A stretch of DNA of 62,022 nt from Nitrospirota bacterium (GTDB lineage: Bacteria; Nitrospirota; Thermodesulfovibrionia; Thermodesulfovibrionales; JdFR-86): positions 1-62,022 of the forward strand of contig JACQZC010000084.1 in assembly GCA_016207905.1 (NCBI GenBank). Reading direction: 5' to 3'. A program made the translations under genes and the position numbers. The first letter of the stretch is position 1; every line of letters begins with the position of its first letter. The notes below the pieces were generated by a model that had not been told where the DNA came from, searched no databases, and saw only the letters and a program-made list of their open reading frames with translations. Of the stretch, positions 50,272 through 60,321 are shown in pieces.

Positions 50272-50285
50272 TTCAGGCGTTGAAC
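50228..50285 (+). repeat. Integron-type attC site 3
   Basis: ATCTAAC gagtcattcaacgggAcggc gagta gccgcccgttaattcaggc GTTGAAC. 58 bp with a bulged A. Confidence 0.8.
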
Positions 50286-50607
50286 CATAGTTTTTAGACA
50301 GGCTACACTTTCCATATTCTTGAGTATGACTTCTTGAAACAAACCCTTGCCCCTGCCTTCGATAAAAAAATCTTCAATGAGCTTGTAATCAAAATTCATG
50401 ACAGGCCGCAAAGGACTAAATTATAGTTCCCTTTAACATCCCTGTAAAGGGCTTAACTGTTAAATTCCACAATAGCCGGGGCAGGCTTCTAAGACAAGAA
50501 GCAGTCCTGTTTTCGAATCTCACCCCGCCCCGAAAGAGCAGTTTTTATTCCTACAAATAAACTCTGTTGCAAAGCATCGTTCCGACAAAAACTGGTATAA
50601 TAAAGCC

Positions 50608-50817
50608 ATGATTAAAAACGCAAAGCTCCTTTCTGAATTTGAAGACAGGCTTCTAAGACAAGAAAGGCTCTCTTATAAAGAGGCATTGAAGCTCTTTGAG
50701 GCAATGTGGAAGGAGGCAGTGAGCTTTGGAGTCCTGCCTTTAAAAGACCCTATGGAAGACCTTGAGGCAGATATTGCACTTGCAAAGGTGTTAAATTCGT
50801 GTTTGAAAAACTCTTAG
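50608..50817 (+). CDS. Small helical protein, unknown function (partner of the downstream NTase-fold gene)
   Basis: 69 aa. Overlaps the next ORF by 19 nt. Confidence 0.45.
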   Translation: MIKNAKLLSEFEDRLLRQERLSYKEALKLFEAMWKEAVSFGVLPLKDPMEDLEADIALAKVLNSCLKNS

Positions 50818-51359
50818 CAAAGGTAGCTTTTTCACTCAAAAGGCACAACATTCCCTATATGGTCATTGGTGGCCAGGCAGTTCTTCTTTATGGAGCACCG
50901 CGGCTTACAAAAGACATAGACATAACTCTCGGAGTCGGCATAGACAAACTCTCTGATGTGGTCAATACAGTCAAAGACGCGGGGCTGGAAATTCTTCCGA
51001 AAGATTCTGAAGGCTTTGTGAAAAAAACCTTTGTCCTGCCCACAAGGGATAGGAAAAGCAAAATGAGAGTGGATTTCATTTTTTCCTTTACCCCGTATGA
51101 AAGGCAGGCGATTTCAAGGGTAAGGGACATAGTCATTTCTGGCACTAAGATTAAATTTGCCTCTTTAGAGGATATTATCATCCATAAAGTCTTCTCATGC
51201 CGTGCAAGGGATTTAGAGGATGTCAGGTCAATGCTCATAAAAAACCCTGACTACGATATGGCTTATATAAAGAAATGGCTTGGAGAGTTTGATAAGCTAT
51301 CAGAAGAGAAAAAGTTTACCAGCACTTTTAAGAATATACTTAAAACCCTGAAACATTGA
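50799..51359 (+). CDS. Nucleotidyltransferase-fold protein (MNT/AbiEii-like)
   Basis: 186 aa. VIGGQAVLLYGAPRLTKDIDI is a minimal-NTase G-x-...-D-x-D type motif. GTG start. Confidence 0.55.
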   Translation: MFEKLLAKVAFSLKRHNIPYMVIGGQAVLLYGAPRLTKDIDITLGVGIDKLSDVVNTVKDAGLEILPKDSEGFVKKTFVLPTRDRKSKMRVDFIFSFTPYERQAISRVRDIVISGTKIKFASLEDIIIHKVFSCRARDLEDVRSMLIKNPDYDMAYIKKWLGEFDKLSEEKKFTSTFKNILKTLKH

Positions 51360-51404
51360 GTCCGAATCTCACCCCCTCCGCCAGCATGCCTTTTTTTATA
51401 AAAA

Positions 51405-51476
51405 AGCCGGGGATGGGGGTTGAACCCACGACCTGCTGATTACGAATCAGCTGCTCTACCACTGAGCTACCCCGGC
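51405..51476 (-). tRNA. tRNA-Thr (anticodon CGU)
   Basis: Reverse complement: gccggggtagctcagtggtagagcagctgattCGTaatcagcaggtcgtgggttcaacccccatccccggct. Cloverleaf folds by hand. Confidence 0.88.
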
Positions 51477-51508
51477 ATGCACTAAAATATTTTATGCTAT
51501 TTTCCTGT

Positions 51509-53589
<2,081 letters not shown>

Positions 53590-53897
53590 TTAGTATAATA
53601 TGGATTATACTAAAAAAGGCGGAAGGCAGGTTTCTAATAGTTGTCTTTGAATTGAAAAAGGGTGTGTGAGTCCATCAAAAAGATAGATTGATAAGTAGGC
53701 TGTTCTTGGCAAGGTGGTTTTGCTTCTGAAACACTGCATCCGTATATTCGTATTCATACTGATCCGTTTGCCCCAAGCAGGATAGGGCTTACTGCTCAGT
53801 GGTTCTTTTAATTCATGCGGGAGTTCTTGAAAGGGACAAAAAAGAAAGTTTTGTTTATGGTTGCCACTTAATGTTTTCTTCCTTCAGAATAATCACA

Positions 53898-54146
53898 TCA
53901 GGCTATTTCTGTTACCAACTCTGAAGCATGAGTGACTAACATTTCACGGGCGATACGAACTGCTTCTGCTATTGCCTCTTTTGTTAATACGCCGCGCCAT
54001 TCATCAATAATCGCTTCCCAGACCATACCGCTTGCCACCTGTTCCAATATATCGGCAACCAGAATGCGAGTGCCGCGAAAAACAGGTTTGCCATGACAAA
54101 TCTTAGGGTCAGCGATAATATACCGACCTAAACTTTTGGCTCTCAT
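53898..54146 (-). CDS. DUF433-family protein (antitoxin-like)
   Basis: 82 aa. ...DPKICHGKPVFRGTRILVADIL... is the DUF433 signature. Confidence 0.7.
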   Translation of the reverse strand: MRAKSLGRYIIADPKICHGKPVFRGTRILVADILEQVASGMVWEAIIDEWRGVLTKEAIAEAVRIAREMLVTHASELVTEIA

Positions 54147-54286
54147 AAAGCTATCCTCCCATATACTATATATAATACTATATTATGACAAAATTGCGCC
54201 TAACCTTCAAGGCGGGGAAAAAGCCCGAAAGGTTTTGGATGTTAGTCTTTTGTTTTATGTTAATGGATTTCCATGATACTATATCA

Positions 54287-55030
54287 TCACCTTTGGGAAC
54301 GCACTGCCAGAGCATAGAGGCCATTGTACTGGGGGAATGTCTCATCGCATCTGTAAGCTCCCTCGCTGCCGCTTTGGAAATTGAAAATCCACGCTGATGA
54401 TGAATCGTCTTTATATAACTCCGATGACCATGCCCGAATTCTCGCCCCTTTCCCCCATTCGCCCCCCTTATAAACAAGTTTGTCACCAACGCCACAGCCG
54501 GTTTTACCTGTCTCATATAATCCTCTGAGTTCAACTCGTGTCGGAAGCCTCCAACCTCCTCCGGCAAGGCTCAGGCTTTGAACATACTGATTCGCCTCAT
54601 ACCAATTCATATTTTCGCTGGATGCAGAAACCCATTCAAGTCTGGTTCTCGAATCGGTTACAACACCTTCATTAGAAACTTGAAATGGTGAGAACTTTAA
54701 TACAATATGGTCGTTAAGCATCTTCGTCTCACCCGCAGGCCCGGTGTCTATCTCTTTTTTTGCATTATTACACTGTCCACCTTCGGGTAAAAGGTAATAT
54801 GTGGATTTAGGATAGAGACCTTTAAATACAAATGTTCCATCGCCCTTAGTCTTAGTTTCAAACTTCTCATAACCCTTAAGAGTCTCTTCCTGTATAGCCA
54901 CTACTTTTACGCCAGAGAGCGGATTGCCGTAGATGTCAACTACCTTCCCTTCAATGTTCGTTCCTTTTTTGCCCGCCTCGCAGGCAACACTTACAAAAAC
55001 TAAAATCAAAGTAACTGAAAATAAAATCAA
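54287..55030 (-). CDS. Lipoprotein with carboxypeptidase-regulatory-like and DUF1566 (Lcl C-terminal) domains
   Basis: 247 aa. Signal peptide/lipobox VSVAC, GKVVDIYGNPLSGVKV, then LEW...MNWYEANQY...GGWRLPTRVEL...AWIFNF...VRSQR. Confidence 0.65.
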   Translation of the reverse strand: MILFSVTLILVFVSVACEAGKKGTNIEGKVVDIYGNPLSGVKVVAIQEETLKGYEKFETKTKGDGTFVFKGLYPKSTYYLLPEGGQCNNAKKEIDTGPAGETKMLNDHIVLKFSPFQVSNEGVVTDSRTRLEWVSASSENMNWYEANQYVQSLSLAGGGWRLPTRVELRGLYETGKTGCGVGDKLVYKGGEWGKGARIRAWSSELYKDDSSSAWIFNFQSGSEGAYRCDETFPQYNGLYALAVRSQR

Positions 55031-55149
55031 TACCTTCTTTATGTTGTTTATCCTCCTTTCAATCCCCCTAAAACTACACCCTCCATTTTCTTTTCAGGCA
55101 TTATCCTTCAACATTTTTATGATATGCCTTGCAAGATTTTCATTTTTTT

Positions 55150-55356
55150 TCAAGCTACTTCCAGTTCAGCAACCTTACGAACACAAGGGATTACACCGCT
55201 TGATAGTTCTTTATGCAAGTCTTTTAGATTTTCTTTCAGCTCATCTAATGTTTCGCCTTGTGTCATGTAGTCCGGATATTCTTCCAGATGCCCGAGCCAC
55301 ACATTGCTATCCTGCCAGTATACAAACTTTATGGTTTCCATAACCTTCTCCTTCAT
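55150..55356 (-). CDS. HicB-like (UPF0150) antitoxin-type protein, no recognisable HicA partner
   Basis: 68 aa. ...YWQDSNVWLGHLEEYPDYMTQGETLDELKENLKD... is typical of the HicB N-domain. Confidence 0.6.
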   Translation of the reverse strand: MKEKVMETIKFVYWQDSNVWLGHLEEYPDYMTQGETLDELKENLKDLHKELSSGVIPCVRKVAELEVA

Positions 55357-55770
55357 CGGTTCTTATTATCTATTTTATAATATTCTTTTTACAATAAAAA
55401 GTCAGTTCATTCCCTTCCGTGTCAAATTCTTGCCTTGCTCACGACGCTTACGATTACTCTGCTTTTTAGCGTCAACCTTCCGCCCCCAGTAAGAACCACA
55501 ACCCTTTTTAGGGCCTGAATGCTCTGTCTTTTTTCCTTCGTATCCCATACCTTTTATTTCTTAATGACAACCAGCATGCCCTTAAAACTACACCTTCCAA
55601 AACACCCCTGTCAAGAGAAAATCACACACTCCTCGCTGTCACTTCCTTACACCTTTTAGGTTTATCCCTCGTTACTCCTGCCGCATGGACAGCCAGAGCC
55701 AATGCCCAAAACTTATCCGCCAAAAAATTAGAATAAGGCATGGCTTCCCTCTAATTGCTTAGAATAGGTT

Positions 55771-56226
55771 TTAGCTGAGCAGTTTCATTACATTTGAGAC
55801 TGCCTCTTTTGCATCCTTTGCCTTTATGACGCCTTTTATATCCCATGTCTTTATCCCGATGACAGGCTTTCCCATCTGAAGGGCAAATGCAATCTCAGAG
55901 AGCGTTCCGTATTCTCCTCCTATTGCTATGACTGCATCTGCAGTGCGTGCTATGATTGCGTTTCTTGCAATGCCAATGCCAGTGGCAATGGGGATTGAGA
56001 CGTATTCGTTTGCAGAGCCTTTGTGCTCCTGCGGAAGTATTCCAACTGTAATTCCTCCATGAGAGTGTGCACCTTTTGAGACAGCTCGCATAACTCCGCT
56101 TAAGCCTCCTGTAATCAGGATGAAGCCTTTTTTGGCGATAAGCCTTCCCAGTGCTTCTGCCTCCTTAAGAAGAGGCTTTCCCTCGTGTCTTCCACCTATG
56201 ACTGCTATGAGATTTTTACTCATCAT
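55771..56226 (-). CDS. TIGR00725/LOG-like Rossmann-fold protein
   Basis: 151 aa. IAVIGG...ITGGLSGVM...PGGYGTLSE-like (GGEYGTLSE) motifs. Confidence 0.75.
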   Translation of the reverse strand: MMSKNLIAVIGGRHEGKPLLKEAEALGRLIAKKGFILITGGLSGVMRAVSKGAHSHGGITVGILPQEHKGSANEYVSIPIATGIGIARNAIIARTADAVIAIGGEYGTLSEIAFALQMGKPVIGIKTWDIKGVIKAKDAKEAVSNVMKLLS

Positions 56227-56307
56227 GCCCTGTCTGATGACCTTACTTCCTACACTTCATAGGAAACCTCCCTGAGAAGCATTGTAAATTTTACCATATG
56301 CCTATTA

Positions 56308-57030
56308 CTACATTTCTGCCCTCGCAAGCACAACCACGGTTACCCTGCTTCCGCCTGCCTTAATCAGCTCCTTAGAGCACTCCTTTACAGTTGCACCTGT
56401 TGTCATAACATCATCCACAAGAAGAACCTCTTTGTCATCGAGCCTTCTTTTTACTCCGAATGCATCCTTAAGGTTCACTGCCCTCTCGCTTGCACTGAGT
56501 CCTATCTGTGGCAGGGTCCTTCTTTTTTTATAAAGCACATCCTGAAACAAGGGGATTTTCAATGCCTGTGAGAGTTCCTTTGCAATGAGAAGGCTCTGGT
56601 TAAATCCCCTTTCCTTGAGCCCATGGATTTCGAGCGGGACAGGGATGATGCAGTCTGCCTTTGGGATGTTTAGCCCACTAAGCAATCCTCCGAGAGGCTT
56701 TGAAAGCCTCCTGATGCCTGAAAACTTAAACAAACCGATTGCCTCTTTAAGTGTGCCTTTGTAAATGCCAAAGCTAATGACCTTTGAAAACACTGGACGC
56801 TCCTTTAGGCATTCACCGCAAGAGCCTGCCTGAGGAGCAGGAAGGGGCGTTGCACATGACCTACATGAGTTCCCTTCATAGGAGGACATTCCGTTCCAGC
56901 AGTCAATGCATATAGGTGAGTGTAGAAACCTATTAGAGTCTTTCCCGCACACAGGGCATTTTGACGGGTATATGAGATTTACTATGGCAGGGGCTAATTT
57001 ATCTTTAAGCCACTTTTGCAGTTCCCGCAC
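56308..57030 (-). CDS. comF: ComF-family phosphoribosyltransferase-like protein
   Basis: 240 aa. N-terminal CxxC zinc-finger motifs and PRTase loop LLVDDVMTTGAT. Confidence 0.8.
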   Translation of the reverse strand: MRELQKWLKDKLAPAIVNLIYPSKCPVCGKDSNRFLHSPICIDCWNGMSSYEGNSCRSCATPLPAPQAGSCGECLKERPVFSKVISFGIYKGTLKEAIGLFKFSGIRRLSKPLGGLLSGLNIPKADCIIPVPLEIHGLKERGFNQSLLIAKELSQALKIPLFQDVLYKKRRTLPQIGLSASERAVNLKDAFGVKRRLDDKEVLLVDDVMTTGATVKECSKELIKAGGSRVTVVVLARAEM

Positions 57031-57455
57031 CTTGGACCCATATGGAGTTTTGCTTTTGGCACCTTATTTTTAGTCCCGCATGAAATACAGAACACTATCA
57101 GGAACTCTTGCTCACCCTGCTTGCCTGTCTGAGTCGTATCCGACAATGTGGATGCCTTGACAAAATTCATGTAGTTTGCATCTATATCTGTGAGCTCGAT
57201 TCCCATTCCGTTTTTAACGATAACCGAGTCTGTCTTCACTATCTTTCTAACAATCCCTTTCAGTCGTGATGTCTTTCCGTCAGGTAGGTAAATCGTAATG
57301 TTAAGCGTACTGCCTGGTGCAAGTCCGTGGTGGGTTCTTATAAATATTCCTCTTTCGGAAAGGTCGGAAGATATGCCCCTGTAATTTTTCTCTCCCGAGG
57401 AGAACTCGACCTCAAGCCTTCTTGTGAATCTTTCAAAAGCCCTTTTGTCTTCCAT
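56994..57455 (-). CDS. PilZ-domain protein with C-terminal zinc ribbon
   Basis: RAFERF...ISSDLSERGIFI PilZ signature. C-terminal CISCGTKN...CGNCKS. Overlaps comF by 37 nt. Confidence 0.7.
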   Translation of the reverse strand: MEDKRAFERFTRRLEVEFSSGEKNYRGISSDLSERGIFIRTHHGLAPGSTLNITIYLPDGKTSRLKGIVRKIVKTDSVIVKNGMGIELTDIDANYMNFVKASTLSDTTQTGKQGEQEFLIVFCISCGTKNKVPKAKLHMGPRCGNCKSGLKIN

Positions 57456-58744
57456 CAGAATTGCTCTTTAATGGTGATTAGCTTTTCCCGCTCCTTGCCA
57501 GTAGATATCATATGGACATTTACCTTTAGCAGTTTCTCTATAGCCTTAATGTATTTCTGGGCTGAAGAAGGCAGTGTCTTGAACTCCCTTATACCTGCTG
57601 TGCTTTCTGACCATCCGCTCATGATTTCATAAACAGGCTCTGCGGATTCAAGCAAAGCTATCTCCTTTGGGAATTCCTCGACAACCCTTCCATTACACTT
57701 ATATGAGGTGCATACCTTTATTGTCTCAAGCCCATCTAATATGTCAAGTTTTGTAATGGCAATGCCTGTAATGCCGTTAACCCTGATTGAGTGTCTGAGA
57801 GACACAATGTCAAGCCATCCGCATCTTCTCGGTCTTCCTGTTGTTGCACCGTACTCTCCGCCTTTTTCCCTAATTATATCACCTAAGGGCTCTTTTATCT
57901 CAGTAGGAAATGGGCCACTGCCAACCCTCGTTGTATATGCCTTTACAACACCCAAGACCTTGTTTATCTTTGTGGGGCCAACTCCAAGCCCTGTGCATAC
58001 ACCACCTGCGGACGAAGAGGAGGATGTAACATATGGGTATGAGCCATGGTCTACATCGAGCAGTGTGCCCTGTGCACCCTCAAACAAGACATTTCTGCCT
58101 TCATCTATTATTTTATTTATAACTATGTCTGTGTCTTCTATGTGGCTCGATAGCAGTTCTCCGCATTCCATGAACTGTCTGTATATCTCTTCGGAACTGC
58201 TAAGTTCAGTGCTACTGCCCAATGCCTTGAGAAGGATATCTACATACCTGAGATTCCTTTGGAGTTTTTCTCTGAAGACCTCCGGATAAAGGAGGTCTCC
58301 GACCCTTATGCCTGTTCTTGCCATTTTATCCACATAGGCAGGGCCAATGCCTCTTCCTGTTGTTCCAATCTTCTTAGAGCCCTTGAGGTTTTCGGATGCC
58401 TCCTCTATAGCCATATGATAGGGCATAATGAGATGTGCGGACTTGCTTAAAAGAAGGTTTCTTTTGACCTCTATGCCTTTTTCCCTGAGTCCTAAGATTT
58501 CCCTTAAAAGGTAGAAGGGGTCGACAACAGTGCCATTTCCAATGATGCAGAGCTTTCCTCTGTGCAGTATTCCCGATGGCACAAGATGAAGTATGAATTT
58601 TTCGTTTCCAATGACGACTGTGTGCCCTGCATTGTGGCCGCCCTGATAGCGTGCAACCACATCCGCCTTTTCCGTAAGAAAGTCAACTAACTTTCCCTTT
58701 CCCTCATCTCCCCACTGGGCACCAACTATAACTACCGTTGACAT
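57455..58744 (-). CDS. purA: Adenylosuccinate synthase
   Basis: 429 aa. GAQWGDEGKGK, GHNAGHTV, TTGRGIGPAY motifs. Confidence 0.97.
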   Translation of the reverse strand: MSTVVIVGAQWGDEGKGKLVDFLTEKADVVARYQGGHNAGHTVVIGNEKFILHLVPSGILHRGKLCIIGNGTVVDPFYLLREILGLREKGIEVKRNLLLSKSAHLIMPYHMAIEEASENLKGSKKIGTTGRGIGPAYVDKMARTGIRVGDLLYPEVFREKLQRNLRYVDILLKALGSSTELSSSEEIYRQFMECGELLSSHIEDTDIVINKIIDEGRNVLFEGAQGTLLDVDHGSYPYVTSSSSSAGGVCTGLGVGPTKINKVLGVVKAYTTRVGSGPFPTEIKEPLGDIIREKGGEYGATTGRPRRCGWLDIVSLRHSIRVNGITGIAITKLDILDGLETIKVCTSYKCNGRVVEEFPKEIALLESAEPVYEIMSGWSESTAGIREFKTLPSSAQKYIKAIEKLLKVNVHMISTGKEREKLITIKEQF

Positions 58745-60321
58745 TAAAGGTAAACCTGCTTGACAGAGAGGATATTGGGAAGTCTTCTTATCTCTTCTAA
58801 TTGCTCAGGGGTAACGGGGTTGTCTATGTTGACAACAGATATTGCCCTTCCGCCTACGGATTCCCTTCCAAAGTGCATCCTTGCTATGTTTATATTGTAT
58901 TTCCCAAGCAGAGAGCCTATGTTTCCTATAACGCCTGGCTTGTCGTTATTGAACATGAAAAGCATGTTCCCTTCTGGGACAATCTCCACATGGAAGCCAT
59001 CTATCCGAATTATTCGTGGGTCTTTTCTGCTAAATAGGGTGCCTGAGATGTAGGTTTCCCTTTCAGGGGCTTTTAGCCTTAGACAGAGCATACTCTGGTA
59101 GTCGCCTGCCTCTTTGCTTTTAGTCTCCTTGACCTCGATGCCACGGTCTTTTGCTATAAGTGGTGCATTGACAAAGTTCACTGTCTCCTCGAGGATAGGG
59201 GTAAGAATGCCTTTGAGTGCAGAAATCGTAATTGGTGCGGTGTTGAGCTCCATTGCCTCGCCCCTGTATTCTATTGTAACCTCTGTGATGCCTGCCTCGA
59301 ATGTCTGTGAGGCAAAGCTTCCCATTTTCTCGGCAAGAAGAAGATAAGGCTGAAGCATTGGAATCTGCTCTTTTGGGATTGATGGGAAATTCACGGCATT
59401 TCTTATAATTCCGTGTATGAGATAGTCAACGACCTGCTCTGAGATGGCAAGGGCTACATTTTCCTGTGCCTCCTCTGTTGCGGCTCCAAGATGAGGGGTG
59501 CTGACAACATTTTCGAGGCTTACGAGGGAGTAGTCAACCAAAGGCTCTTTTTCAAAGACATCCACTGCGGCTCCAGCAACCTTGCCTGTTTTTAGGGCAT
59601 CATACAGGTCTTTTTCATTAACTATTCCGCCCCTTGCACAGTTAATAATCATTATACCATCCTTCATCATCTTAATAGTCTCTTTATTTATAAGGTTTTT
59701 TGTCTCGGCTGTAAGAGGCGTGTGTATGGTAATGAAATCAGAGCGGCTGAAGACTTCTTCGATGCCTACCTTCTGAACCCCTATTGCCTTTGCCTTTTCC
59801 TCGCTAAGAAAAGGGTCAAAGGCTATTACATTCATCTGAAGAGCCTGTGCCCTTTTTGCAACCTGACCTCCTATATTTCCGATTCCAATAATACCCAGTG
59901 TTTTTCCGAAAAGCTCAACCCCAATGAATTTCTTTTTCTCCCACTTATGTGCTTTCATCAAGGCATCTGCCTGCGGGATTTGTCTTGCGAGGGCAAACAT
60001 GAGGGCTATCGTGTGCTCGGCAGTCGTTATTGTGTTTCCCCCCGGGGTGTTCATGACAACTATGCCTTTTTTCGATGCAGAAGTCCTATCCACATTGTCC
60101 AGTCCTGAGCCTGCCCTTCCTATGACCTTGAGGTTTTCAGCATGCTCTATGACATCGGCAGTAACCTTTGTTGCGCTTCTTATAATAAGTCCATGATATT
60201 GACCAACGCATGCCTTAAGCTCCTCAGGGGTCATTCCGGGCTTCACATCGACCTCAAGCCCTGCCCTCCTCAGAATCTCGATGCCTCTCGGAGAAAGCTT
60301 ATCGCTTACAAGAACCTTCAT
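58744..60321 (-). CDS. serA: D-3-phosphoglycerate dehydrogenase (long form with ACT domain)
   Basis: 525 aa. NAD motif GIIGIGNIGGQVA, catalytic ...NCARGG...TPHLGA, C-terminal ASB/ACT region. Confidence 0.93.
   Translation of the reverse strand: MKVLVSDKLSPRGIEILRRAGLEVDVKPGMTPEELKACVGQYHGLIIRSATKVTADVIEHAENLKVIGRAGSGLDNVDRTSASKKGIVVMNTPGGNTITTAEHTIALMFALARQIPQADALMKAHKWEKKKFIGVELFGKTLGIIGIGNIGGQVAKRAQALQMNVIAFDPFLSEEKAKAIGVQKVGIEEVFSRSDFITIHTPLTAETKNLINKETIKMMKDGIMIINCARGGIVNEKDLYDALKTGKVAGAAVDVFEKEPLVDYSLVSLENVVSTPHLGAATEEAQENVALAISEQVVDYLIHGIIRNAVNFPSIPKEQIPMLQPYLLLAEKMGSFASQTFEAGITEVTIEYRGEAMELNTAPITISALKGILTPILEETVNFVNAPLIAKDRGIEVKETKSKEAGDYQSMLCLRLKAPERETYISGTLFSRKDPRIIRIDGFHVEIVPEGNMLFMFNNDKPGVIGNIGSLLGKYNINIARMHFGRESVGGRAISVVNIDNPVTPEQLEEIRRLPNILSVKQVYL

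Larger units (their letters stand above)
47080..51380 (+). mobile_element. tRNA-Ser-linked genomic islet, integrase-less, bounded by direct repeats of the tRNA 3' end
   Basis: cgaatctcaccccctccg (47062-47079 in the tRNA) recurs exactly at 51363-51380. A 15-nt partial copy, ttcgaatctcacccc, lies at 50512-50526. Content is TA-like pairs, attC cassettes and a MITE. Confidence 0.65.

Noticed and set aside
50440-50536. A possible tRNA or tmRNA gene around the ttcgaatctcaccccgcccc segment.
   Set aside because: Only a T-arm/acceptor-like 3' part is present. I could not fold a D-arm, an anticodon arm or a matching 5' acceptor strand. I interpret it as an integration scar.
54178-54567. 129-aa minus-strand ORF overlapping the 3' part of the DUF1566 lipoprotein gene.
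   Set aside because: It is out of frame with a gene whose C-terminal domain is clearly recognisable, and it has no motif support.
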